This document shows positions 27,922-37,178 of a DNA stretch of 52,412 bases, piece by piece (the first letter of the stretch is position 1; each line of letters begins with the position of its first letter). Both the position numbers and the translations under genes were made by a program. The DNA comes from an uncultured Thermococci archaeon (GTDB lineage: Archaea > CAYQAE01 > CAYVLA01): positions 1 to 52,412 of the forward strand of contig CAZJVP010000036.1 of NCBI GenBank assembly GCA_964549615.1, in the 5' to 3' direction. The notes under the pieces are model-generated. The model saw only the letters and a program-made list of their open reading frames with translations. It searched no databases and was not told the origin of the DNA.

Positions 27922-29130
27922 CTACCTTCCCCGGGTAAGCACGACCTCGCGGAACATGGCCCTTCGGACCATGAGGGTATACAGAACCGTGCCGCTGACC
28001 AGGAGCGTCCCAGTGACGGCAAGCCATTCCGTCAGATAGACGTAGAAGAGAGCCTGGTCCCTGAGCTTCATGGCCTCAACTCGGGCCTGCGTGTTCATCT
28101 CCTCAGCCTTCTTGAGCAGCTCGAAGGCAGCCTCGAAGTTCTGTGCTAGGTACTCGTCCTCCGCCTCGTCCCTTAGCCCGTCAAGTTCCTCCAGCATCTT
28201 GTCGATCTTCCCCATCCGGCCTCCGAACTTCTCGACGAACTCCAGTATGGAGAGAAGGGCGATCCGCCTATCCTTGAAGTTGCGGAACTCCTCCCGAGCC
28301 TTGTGGACGACTTCGATGTCGTCGGGAAGGCTTCTGCCCCTGGCATATAGGATGATGTTGACCAGGATGTCGAAGGAGTACGGGTTGTTGTAGGAATGGT
28401 GCATGTACCACCACCATCCATGATCGATGTCGTCTGCGACCGCCCAGAAGTTTCCCTTGCCCTGCTCCATGGAGACAAGCCATGGAGTATCGGTCTTGTA
28501 GAACGAGACCGGCTTCACCACCGCCCAAACGGTGCTGCCCTGCTTCTCGAAGAGGGTCGTGAAGTGGTAGCCCACGACCCTTTCGATGCCAAGCCGCCTG
28601 AACATCGAGAGGACCGGCGGATCATCCTTGGTTACCCTTATCGAGAAGTCGCTGTTGGGTCTTTTCATCGTCGGATCCATCTTGACCGGCAGGAGTTCGG
28701 CCAGGCTTGTGCCCAGCCAGGTGTACCATATGTTGCCCTCAGGGCTATTCAGGCCGCCCCCCATCGTAGCCAGGCCAGACGCCCCCCCGGTCAGGACCAC
28801 GTCGGTTAGGTGCGAGATCTGAACGTTTGTTAGGGGCCTGAGGTTCCCGTCGGGGTACATGAAGAACTCGTATTCGCCGACGGCCTCCCTCGTCCTGGGG
28901 AAGTACTGGCGGACATAACGGCGGGCCTCGTCATCGGTAAAGCCCGAGATCGTATCGACGTCCGTCGGTATCAGGGTGAGGTCGAACAATGGATCCGTGG
29001 GGAACCAGTGGGGAAGGGGACACTCTGCCGGAAAAACCTGCCCCAGGGCAAGCACGCGTATCTTTGCCTGCCCCTGCACGGGCGCAACGAGGCCCAACGT
29101 CACGATTGCAGCAAGCAGCAAGGTCCTCAA
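27922..29130 (-). CDS. Membrane-anchored GATase-like protein, paralog 2
   Basis: Same architecture as paralog 1: RYVRQYFPRT, ELLPV, FVEKFG and EWLAVTGT...LMVRRAMF.EV..TR. Confidence 0.75.
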   Translation of the reverse strand: MRTLLLAAIVTLGLVAPVQGQAKIRVLALGQVFPAECPLPHWFPTDPLFDLTLIPTDVDTISGFTDDEARRYVRQYFPRTREAVGEYEFFMYPDGNLRPLTNVQISHLTDVVLTGGASGLATMGGGLNSPEGNIWYTWLGTSLAELLPVKMDPTMKRPNSDFSIRVTKDDPPVLSMFRRLGIERVVGYHFTTLFEKQGSTVWAVVKPVSFYKTDTPWLVSMEQGKGNFWAVADDIDHGWWWYMHHSYNNPYSFDILVNIILYARGRSLPDDIEVVHKAREEFRNFKDRRIALLSILEFVEKFGGRMGKIDKMLEELDGLRDEAEDEYLAQNFEAAFELLKKAEEMNTQARVEAMKLRDQALFYVYLTEWLAVTGTLLVSGTVLYTLMVRRAMFREVVLTRGR

Positions 29131-29326
29131 GGGATCTCCCTCGCCGTCCGACGATGCCAAACAGTGGAAGGTCTTCTACCCACACGGAGGCGAAAGGTGG
29201 CATATATGTTCTTTGGTGGAGCCCTTTCAGGGATGTCGGTGGACGGCCCCGGGTGGACCTGCCCTCGGCCTTCCAGAAGCAGCCTTGTGCGAGAGACATT
29301 TCAGGTGTCGGTGGAGCCCGATCGCC

Positions 29327-30385
29327 GTGGATGACGCGATCCAAGGCAGAATCGCTAGTCTCATCGGCTCCTCCATCTCCTCAGGCCTTTTCCCGGGGGC
29401 GGTTTGGCTGGTCGAGGAAGCGGGCAGGTTGGTCAGCCAGGGCGTTGCGGGCCTCGCGCAGGAGGTGCCGCAAAGGATAGCCATGCACGAGACGTGTGTA
29501 TTCGACCTAGCGTCCTTGACCAAGCCGGTTTGCACGGCAACTATCGCCCTGAGGATGTGGGAGGCCGGGGAGCTGTCGCTAGACGAGCCCGTGAAGAGCT
29601 ACCTACCTGAGTTCTCGGGGGGCTGGAGGAATCGCGTCGTTCTCAGCCAGATCCTCTCGCACTGCTCGGGACTGCCATCCGGCCTGCCCATCCCACAACT
29701 TTGCAAGGATGCCTCCCAGGTGCTCGGCGCCATCTGCAAGGCGCGGATGGAATATGAGCCGGGGAGCAGAGCCATCTACAGCGACGTCGGTTTCATCCTG
29801 CTTGGGAAGCTGTTGGAGCGGGTCTCGGGGCAGAGCCTGGACGCACTCGGAGGGCAGGTGGTGTTCCGGCCGCTGGGCATGCTTCGAACCATGTACCGTC
29901 CGCCCCGCAGGCTCCGGCCGGATATCGCGGCAACGCAGAGGTCTCAAACCGGAAGGACCGCACTGGTCGGGGTCGTCCATGACGGAACTGCACGCTTCAT
30001 GGGCGGCGTGAGTGGGCATGCCGGGCTTTTTTCATGCGTTGGTGATCTTGGGAAGTACTGCGGCATGATGCTCGGGAGGGGAAAAAGGCTTCTCTCCAGC
30101 CGGACGATCCAGGAGGCCACGAGGGTGTGGGCCGCCCACGGACGGAACGCGTACGGCCTCGGTTGGTTCAAGAGGCGCTGGCCCGAAAACCCGGCGAGCA
30201 TGCACTTCTCGGAAAGCGCGTACGGACACACGGGCTATACGGGTACCTCGATCTGGATCGACCCGGCGAGAGATTTCTTCGCAATACTCCTCACGAACCG
30301 GGTCCACAGCAAGAGTGATGGAGGGCGCATACCCGAGATGAACAGGGTGAGGCGGAAGTTTCACGACCTAGCCCTGGGTTTTTGA
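29327..30385 (+). CDS. Serine hydrolase, beta-lactamase/AmpC-like family
   Basis: FDLASLTK (SxxK), LSH.SGL, YSDVG, GHAGLFS and GHTGYTG. Start is approximate. Confidence 0.9.
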   Translation: MDDAIQGRIASLIGSSISSGLFPGAVWLVEEAGRLVSQGVAGLAQEVPQRIAMHETCVFDLASLTKPVCTATIALRMWEAGELSLDEPVKSYLPEFSGGWRNRVVLSQILSHCSGLPSGLPIPQLCKDASQVLGAICKARMEYEPGSRAIYSDVGFILLGKLLERVSGQSLDALGGQVVFRPLGMLRTMYRPPRRLRPDIAATQRSQTGRTALVGVVHDGTARFMGGVSGHAGLFSCVGDLGKYCGMMLGRGKRLLSSRTIQEATRVWAAHGRNAYGLGWFKRRWPENPASMHFSESAYGHTGYTGTSIWIDPARDFFAILLTNRVHSKSDGGRIPEMNRVRRKFHDLALGF

Positions 30386-30520
30386 GCCAGCGGTCCGGCG
30401 CGTGGCTCCCGCTCCGAGGGCTTTCCCATCCTGTCCTGCCAAAGGTGCAACTGGATTCGTGGTCCGAGGCCAGGATGCATCTTTAAGGACGGTCGGCAGG
30501 GCCACAAGATCGGTGATGGC

Positions 30521-33142
30521 TTGAGACTCCTCGCCCCTGGACTTTGCCTCATCACCTTGGCGGTGATGCCGATCGTCGCCGGGATGGGACCAGTATACGT
30601 TGGCCAGGACCTTTTCTACGGTTTTCCAGACGGGGATGATCTTTGGCTTGGGGCTGGAAAGGATGGCATCTTCGTTGCCGACCTGGCTTCGGGCACGGTC
30701 AGGCATCTCTGGGAGGGTGCAGGCCTTCCCGTCAACTCCACCACGTGCGGCGTCTCTGCCTTCGGCAGGGTCTGGGTTGGTTCCCAGAACGGTCTATTCG
30801 CGCGGGAAGCCTCGGGGATCTGGTCCAGGGTAGGCGTGAACGAGTTGCCCTCGCAAACGATCAACTGCCTGGCGGTTCAGGGTAGCTACCTGTGGGTTGG
30901 AACGAACAGGGGCGCTGCGAGGTACAACAGCGCGAACGGTGCTTGGAAGGTCTTCACTGTGGCCGACGGGCTGTCCGATAACTGGGTACTGTCGATGAGC
31001 GTTTTCCACGACAAGGTCTTCTTCGGGACTATGCGCGGCGGCGTCTCCGAGTTCGACACGTCGCTTGGGACCTGGCGGTCTTGGAACAAGGAGAACGGCC
31101 TGATCTCGAACACCGTCTTCTCGGTTTCGGCCTCGGCGGACTACATCTTCGCCGGAACCACCAGCGGCCTTTCGGTGTTCTGCAAGCACTGCCCCGGCTG
31201 GGTCAGCTATGATTCGGATCTGCCGAGCCCAAGCGTTTATGCGACGCTCTGGGATTCGGAGCTGGACCAGGGATGGATCGGGACGGGCAACGGCCTCGCG
31301 ATATGGCACCCCTCCAACATGAGCGTTCAACCGATCAGGAAGGTCGGCGAGATAGAGTTAGGGCGGGTGAACGGGCTTGCCGTGGCACAGGGCACAGTCT
31401 GGCTCATGAGAACCACCAACTGGTGGTTCCGCCACAAGACGACCGGGGTCCTCGGCTTCGACAAGGCGTCCTCCTCATGGCTCCGCCCGATCATCCTCGA
31501 CGTCCTGATCGATCAGTCAGGCTATGGGCCGGGAGATCGGAAGGGCTTCATCGTGCAGGCAAACGAGCCGATTGAAGGGGAGGGTAGGTTCTTCGTCGAG
31601 AGCATGTCGGGTCGAGTCGTCTTCTCTGGCGTCCTTGCCCCCCGGTACGATCGGGCTGACTGGGATGCGTACTACTGGTCGGGCGATTTCACCTCGCTGC
31701 AGGTGCGGGGCAACTTCACGATAAGGGTTGAGCTGGGTCAGTGGACGGCGCGCTCCCCAAGGTTTGAGATGGACAACGAGATCCTTCTGGAGGAGTGCGG
31801 AGAACTGATCTACGAGTGGCTCCGTTACATGAGGTGCGGCGTCGCCCACGAGTACAGGCCGAAGCCTTGCCACCTGGACGACGGGGTCCTGCCCAACGGC
31901 ACACACATCGATGCCACCGGTGGGTGGCACTGCGCCGGCATATGGGGCGGCAAGTACAGCGAGTACGACACCTATGTGCTTTTCAACCTTCTCCTTGCAT
32001 ACGATGTTCGGCCCGATTTCTTCGGTTCGATTGATAGGGATGGGAATGGGCTGGCCGACATCCTGGACGAGGCGATGTGGGGGTGCGAGTTCTTGCTCAA
32101 GATGCAGGTCGAGAACGGGTCGATCTACCACGAGGTGGAGAAGGTGGAACAGACGGACGGGATCATCGGCACCTCGGATGACCGCAAGATCCTCGGCTGG
32201 GTTCCAACCTACAACGGGCTGCTCGCGGTCGCGGGCCTGGCCGGGACCTCTGCCCTGGTATCGGAACGCTACCCCGAGGATGCAGCAAGGTACTTGGCCG
32301 GTGCCCTGCGAAGTTTCAGCTATTACGGATCCCTGGTGCGCGCGGGCCTGGGAAGCTCACTGAACGGCGCAGCGATGGTTCTCGCATGCGCCCAGCTTTA
32401 TCGAGCTACCTCTAACCAGACCTTCCTTGAGCTCGCAGAGCGATCGTGCGATGCCACCGTGCTTATGCCCTACTCCGACTATTACGGGCCCTTCGTACCA
32501 TGTGCGCTTGGGTACTACGTCGAGATCAATCCCCAAACGGCGTTGAGGGATGCCGTGACTCGATACATCGTCGGCCTCGCGGACGACAGAGTGAGGGCGG
32601 ACACAGCGGAGAGCAACCCCCACCAGCCCTTCGAGATACCGACGTGGGCCCTCTACATAATGGATCCTTGGGCGGCCGAAGTCCTTTTCGCGTATCGCCT
32701 TACAGGCAACAGAACTTATCTGGACCACGCCCTAAAGTTGATCGACTGCCACCTCGGGGTCAATCCCTACGCCATCTGCATGTTGGAGGGGACGGGCACG
32801 ATCAACCCGCCGGGCTACACATCGAGCTTCGCATCCCCACAGAATCCTAGGGGGGCGGTGCCCGGGTCCATCCCGCAGGGGATATACTTCCTCATGGGCA
32901 AGCCCTTCTACGAGATGAGCATCCAGCCCCACTACGAGACGGGCGAGACTTGGGATATTAACACGAACTTCATCCAGGCGATCAGCCTGCTGCCCAGGGA
33001 CCAGGCCCAATATCCTTTGGAGGTACCGGAGCGTGCGCCGTTGGAGGCCTTGGCAGAGCTGGCCATTTTCGCATGTGCATTCTCTTGCAGAGGAAAAACC
33101 AGGTGCGCCCGGGCGATCCGGTCGGGTCGTTACGTGGGCTAG
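30521..33142 (+). CDS. Secreted beta-propeller + Ig-like + GH9-like (alpha/alpha)6 protein
   Basis: Signal peptide, repeated GL..N.V...WVGT..G blades, DQSGY.P...K, D.TGGWH, DILDEA.WG..FLLKMQ, LG.NP and G.VPG. Confidence 0.82.
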   Translation: MRLLAPGLCLITLAVMPIVAGMGPVYVGQDLFYGFPDGDDLWLGAGKDGIFVADLASGTVRHLWEGAGLPVNSTTCGVSAFGRVWVGSQNGLFAREASGIWSRVGVNELPSQTINCLAVQGSYLWVGTNRGAARYNSANGAWKVFTVADGLSDNWVLSMSVFHDKVFFGTMRGGVSEFDTSLGTWRSWNKENGLISNTVFSVSASADYIFAGTTSGLSVFCKHCPGWVSYDSDLPSPSVYATLWDSELDQGWIGTGNGLAIWHPSNMSVQPIRKVGEIELGRVNGLAVAQGTVWLMRTTNWWFRHKTTGVLGFDKASSSWLRPIILDVLIDQSGYGPGDRKGFIVQANEPIEGEGRFFVESMSGRVVFSGVLAPRYDRADWDAYYWSGDFTSLQVRGNFTIRVELGQWTARSPRFEMDNEILLEECGELIYEWLRYMRCGVAHEYRPKPCHLDDGVLPNGTHIDATGGWHCAGIWGGKYSEYDTYVLFNLLLAYDVRPDFFGSIDRDGNGLADILDEAMWGCEFLLKMQVENGSIYHEVEKVEQTDGIIGTSDDRKILGWVPTYNGLLAVAGLAGTSALVSERYPEDAARYLAGALRSFSYYGSLVRAGLGSSLNGAAMVLACAQLYRATSNQTFLELAERSCDATVLMPYSDYYGPFVPCALGYYVEINPQTALRDAVTRYIVGLADDRVRADTAESNPHQPFEIPTWALYIMDPWAAEVLFAYRLTGNRTYLDHALKLIDCHLGVNPYAICMLEGTGTINPPGYTSSFASPQNPRGAVPGSIPQGIYFLMGKPFYEMSIQPHYETGETWDINTNFIQAISLLPRDQAQYPLEVPERAPLEALAELAIFACAFSCRGKTRCARAIRSGRYVG

Positions 33143-35328
33143 TGTGATTGCGCCGGGACGACCTCGCACTGGGCGATCTGGGTGGCTTGCCACGGGCTTT
33201 CGTCTGGCACCGTCACGGTTGCGACGATCCACATCGACCCAGCTTGGCTCGGTGCCTCAAGCTTGGCCAGGGTTCTGAACGTTTCGCGCGGCCTGAGGCT
33301 GGGGAGCTCCAGCTCAAAGAGCGGGCTCTCACGATGCGCTGCGCCCCGGCCCAACATGACAAGGCCCGCACGGGATATCTCTCGGTTCCATGTGTTGCGG
33401 ATCGTCAAGTGAACTGGGAGCTGGCCGGCTGCCGTCGCCTGCGTCGGGCAATCCAGCTTTAGGGCGAGCCTCTCGTTAAGGATGGCGAAGTCCATCGGTC
33501 GAATTGTGATCCCACGCCATCGGTAGGGAACGCTGGCGAAGTTGCCAACCACCAGCGTCCCGTCTGAGAACCGGGTGAGCTGGACGTCATCGCAGTGGAA
33601 AGCGTTATCCGGGCCAACTATTACCCTGGGACCGGTCAGGTACTCGTGGCTGACGAGCTCAGCGTGCGCCGTGCCCCGAAGCTGGTAGGCGATGCGACGC
33701 CCCTTGTCATCCATAGTGTCCGCGAGCCAGCCGAAGAGGGCAGCGTGGGGCGGGTCGGATTGGTAGTACTGGGTGCCGGTGCCGGTCTGGTTTAGGACGC
33801 AGCCGTGCCAGACGAGCGGGTGCAGCGGGACCGGGATCATGGGGGGCATTATCCTGAAGCTGCTGTTCCCGTACCCGCTGTATGGAAAGACCGAGAAGTA
33901 CGAGCCGACCTCCACGCAAGGAGCCAAGAAGTCCTGAGGCAGCGCCTCGGTGGTAACGACCCCGAACCTCTTCTTGACCTCGGCAATGATTGCCTGCCTG
34001 AGGCGGCAGTCCTGCTCCTTCGTCACCGGGTGTCTCGGATCGTAGCAGTCGAAGAGCGGCACCGCACCCTCAACGTCGATGTAGATGGAGCCTCGCCCGA
34101 GAGTCGCCAGCAGCTCCTCCATCTGTGGAAGGGCCACCTCAAGTCTTTTCGCGGGACAGACCGTGTAGGTCCAGATGTCGCGCTTCCCCTTCCGGCGAAT
34201 GCGGAAGTTCCTCCTCATCGAGCCGTCGCGCTCGCGCACGATCAAGGATTCGTCCCAGTCCGGGTAGCGCTTGGCGTCCTTTCTCTCCTCCTGCTCGCCG
34301 GCACGGAAGATGTCGAGGTAGTTCTCGTAGACCGAGAGGCGGAATCCGGGGGAAAGGGATCTTGCAAACCTGGCCGCCTCGGCCACCTGAGCAGGCTCGC
34401 CACGGAGGACGTTGTGTGCGACCACCCGGTCGAATCCAGCCCGAAGGGCGGAACGGAAGAAGCCGTACGCGTTGCGCTCGTCATATGGGTCAGCTCCGCA
34501 CGGCTCGACGTAGGACAGATGCCGGTGTCCGAGAAGTGCGCCGACAGTCAGTTCGACCTCCGGATTGTTTTGGGATTTATCTCGCAGGGTTACAAACTTC
34601 CCGCTGCGGACAAGCTCGGACCGGTAACGCTTGGCTATCCCAATGTAGCCGTCGCCGGCCGGGAAGAAATGTGCCCGACGGACGGAGTTGGTCCTCTCGT
34701 CCATCACCCAAACCGGTGTCTGAGCGTAGATGCGTCGCCGCCCGCGATTGAGCTCAGTCTTGATCTTGCAATCAAACGGCGTCTCCACAATGCAGCCTAG
34801 CGTGTGCTCCCCATCGAAGACGCCAAAGATGGGCATGGTGAGGCCGGTCTGTCCCCCTGAGTATATGCCGAGCTCGCAGATCCTGGCCTTGCGCGACGCC
34901 GAGAAGTCACACAGCGCACCCATGCCGACGGGGATGACGATGTATCCTCTCTGGCCAGCCTTGGCCCACCCTAAGCCGCGGGGAAACTCAAGTTCAATCC
35001 GATCCCCGGGTCTTAGCCCTTCGGCGGGTCCGACCTCCACAACGGCCGCGTCGTTCTGCACTGCCATCCGGAATGGGATTCTGGCCTCGTTTCGACCCCG
35101 CTTCCAGCAGATCGACCCGAGGACCTTTCCGTCGGTTTCCACCAAGGTCAGTTCGGCCTCCCGCACGGGCCGGCCGGGCTTCCAGTCATCGCCCCCCATC
35201 CTCAGCGAGGCGGCAGGGACAAGGGAGGCCCAGACCCCTCCGGCCTGATCCCGGAGCACTATCGTCTTTCGCCTGACCGTTAGGGCCAGCTTGTGTGTGG
35301 GTTGCATGATCGAACCATGTCGTTCCAT
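33139..35328 (-). CDS. DUF5696 / GH129-GH101-like glycoside hydrolase
   Basis: GYIVIP.G.G.L, MPIFG, Y..IAKRYR...TL.DK...NP, YIDV....LFDCYDP.HP.T and IPVPL..LVWH. Start trimmed to avoid the divergent gene. Confidence 0.7.
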   Translation of the reverse strand: MERHGSIMQPTHKLALTVRRKTIVLRDQAGGVWASLVPAASLRMGGDDWKPGRPVREAELTLVETDGKVLGSICWKRGRNEARIPFRMAVQNDAAVVEVGPAEGLRPGDRIELEFPRGLGWAKAGQRGYIVIPVGMGALCDFSASRKARICELGIYSGGQTGLTMPIFGVFDGEHTLGCIVETPFDCKIKTELNRGRRRIYAQTPVWVMDERTNSVRRAHFFPAGDGYIGIAKRYRSELVRSGKFVTLRDKSQNNPEVELTVGALLGHRHLSYVEPCGADPYDERNAYGFFRSALRAGFDRVVAHNVLRGEPAQVAEAARFARSLSPGFRLSVYENYLDIFRAGEQEERKDAKRYPDWDESLIVRERDGSMRRNFRIRRKGKRDIWTYTVCPAKRLEVALPQMEELLATLGRGSIYIDVEGAVPLFDCYDPRHPVTKEQDCRLRQAIIAEVKKRFGVVTTEALPQDFLAPCVEVGSYFSVFPYSGYGNSSFRIMPPMIPVPLHPLVWHGCVLNQTGTGTQYYQSDPPHAALFGWLADTMDDKGRRIAYQLRGTAHAELVSHEYLTGPRVIVGPDNAFHCDDVQLTRFSDGTLVVGNFASVPYRWRGITIRPMDFAILNERLALKLDCPTQATAAGQLPVHLTIRNTWNREISRAGLVMLGRGAAHRESPLFELELPSLRPRETFRTLAKLEAPSQAGSMWIVATVTVPDESPWQATQIAQCEVVPAQSH

Positions 35329-35350
35329 AGCGACGCGAGAGTTCACAAGG

Positions 35351-35369
35351 AAGGCTATAAGTATCGCTT
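35351..35369. promoter_or_regulatory. Probable bidirectional TATA element between divergent genes
   Basis: AAGGCTATAAG on + and AAGCGATACTTATAG on -. The TATAA core is about 28 bp from both ATG 35328 (-) and TTG 35389 (+). Confidence 0.5.
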
Positions 35370-35388
35370 CCCCGCATCGTTGAATAGA

Positions 35389-36600
35389 TTGATCGGCGAC
35401 CGAGCCGGGCGCGGAACATTCGCCATTGCCCTGATCGGATGCATGTTCCTGGTCGGCACACATGCATCGCAGGCCAGGGTAGATCCCGTCACGGGACGCA
35501 TCAGGATACTGTACATCGGCGACGGTTGGGGCCCGTCGCCCGTGCCCAACTTTCAATCGGACCCAGCCTTCACGGTCGTGTCCGTGCCGACAAGCGAACT
35601 GCATGTGGGACAGGGCGTCCTGTCATTCGACATTCCCACGATGAAGAAGTTCGTGAGGCTGTACATGCCCAGGACTTACGAGGCCATGTTGGACAACTTC
35701 GATCTGATCATCATAAGCGACGCGAACTCTGCCTTGATGGAGAACCAGCACATCAAATGGATGAAGGATTCCGTCACGGGCGAGGGCTTCGGCATCGTGA
35801 TGGTGGGCGGCCTTGAGAGCTTTGGGGCGCCCCGGGCGCAGCCTTGGACCGCCCTAGAGGAGCTCTTCCCCGTCGTGATGACGAGCTCGATCTGGAGCTA
35901 TCGGGACTTCAAGGTCAAGCCGGCCCTGGATCATCCATTCACAAGGGCCCTGCCATGGGCAACGATCCCCTACTTCCATGGGGCGAACAATGTGTGGTTG
36001 AAGGACGGGGCAACGCTGCTCCTAAGGGCTGACGAGGTCGATATCCCGCCGCTGTCCTACTGGAACATCGGGGAGGGCGTGGGCGTGGCGCACGCCATGG
36101 ACTGGACGCCGGGCGGGGGCACCGATGTCATGCAGTGGGAATACTATCCGGACTACGTGGCGAACATCGGCTATCTTGCCACGAAGAACGAGATCCCCCA
36201 GGACTCGCAGCTCATGCACCACCTCAGAACTAGCTTCTGGTCGACCCGATCAAGGCTGACGTCCGTTATCGACACGATGAACTTCGTCGAGAAGTTCGGC
36301 GCAAACACCCAGCCCCTTGGAAACAAGCTGGGGGAGATCAGGGCCATGATAAGGGATGCTGAGCGGCTATACGTCGAGCACGAGTACGACGCCTCGGCGC
36401 AGCGCATACAGGAGATAGACGATCTGATGATCCAGCTTCAGAGCCAGGCCATGAAGCTGAAGGACCGGGCGCTTCTTTGGATCTACGTGATCGAGTGGGC
36501 CGCTACCACCGGGACGGCTCTGGTCGCAGGCTTCTTTTTATGGACCATGATGGTGAAGAGACGGCTCTACAAGGAAGTCAAGACGACTAGGTTGGCATGA
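35389..36600 (+). CDS. Membrane-anchored GATase-like protein, paralog 3
   Basis: KFVRLYMPRT, FDLIIISD, GIVMVGGLESFG, DWTPGGG, FVEKFG and EWAATTGT...MMVKRRLY.EV.TTRL. Confidence 0.75.
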   Translation: MIGDRAGRGTFAIALIGCMFLVGTHASQARVDPVTGRIRILYIGDGWGPSPVPNFQSDPAFTVVSVPTSELHVGQGVLSFDIPTMKKFVRLYMPRTYEAMLDNFDLIIISDANSALMENQHIKWMKDSVTGEGFGIVMVGGLESFGAPRAQPWTALEELFPVVMTSSIWSYRDFKVKPALDHPFTRALPWATIPYFHGANNVWLKDGATLLLRADEVDIPPLSYWNIGEGVGVAHAMDWTPGGGTDVMQWEYYPDYVANIGYLATKNEIPQDSQLMHHLRTSFWSTRSRLTSVIDTMNFVEKFGANTQPLGNKLGEIRAMIRDAERLYVEHEYDASAQRIQEIDDLMIQLQSQAMKLKDRALLWIYVIEWAATTGTALVAGFFLWTMMVKRRLYKEVKTTRLA

Positions 36601-36707
36601 GAGCGTGGGATCGCCGCCAAGGCATGAAACCCGGAATGGCTCGGCATGATTCGAGTTTCGGATCCTAGGTGGCCGGCGGGGCATAGGGGAAGGGATTTCG
36701 GCCAGAG

Positions 36708-37043
36708 TCAGGGGATCTGCTTCATGTGCCTCTGGACCGAGCTTACCTTGTCCGCCATGGATCTCGGCCTGTCCCTCCGGTCATCTATCCGAAGCGTTGA
36801 CTCCACCCTCAGCGAACCGGCTTCGACAAGGGCCTCGTGGGCCACCCTCACCGCTTCAAGGATTGGCGCAAGGCCTTCGGCCTCAAGGATCGTCCCCATC
36901 GGGGTCAGCTGGTAGCGAATTCCCTCTACCTTGGCCATGGCCTTCACCGCGATGGCTACCTGGCGCCCGATGCTGGTGGATCCCCCGCCGATGGGCACTA
37001 TGCTGAAATCTGCAATTACGCACGGCTTGCCTCTGTCTGTCAT
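36708..37043 (-). CDS. MTH1187/YkoF family thiamine-binding protein
   Basis: ADFSIVPIG, Y.LTPMGTILE and RIDDRRD...M..KV.SV. Confidence 0.9.
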   Translation of the reverse strand: MTDRGKPCVIADFSIVPIGGGSTSIGRQVAIAVKAMAKVEGIRYQLTPMGTILEAEGLAPILEAVRVAHEALVEAGSLRVESTLRIDDRRDRPRSMADKVSSVQRHMKQIP

Positions 37044-37178
37044 GCAATCGCGGTAATTGCGTCGAACTCCCTTATGAACTTATCGAAGGCTTCAGCCGAG
37101 AGCGCACGATCCGGGTAAGATGTTACAGCAGGCTTTTTATCTGGGCATGCAACAACCGGCGAGACGATCACGGGGTGG

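Noticed and set aside
29327-30385. Antibiotic-resistance beta-lactamase
   Set aside because: The motifs fit the broad serine hydrolase/esterase family and there is no signal peptide; resistance cannot be inferred.
33020-33142. VPE plus hydrophobic tail as a PEF/PEP-CTERM-like archaeosortase signal
   Set aside because: The following segment is interrupted by Glu residues, and I saw no second example or sortase gene in the window. Weak, though not excluded.
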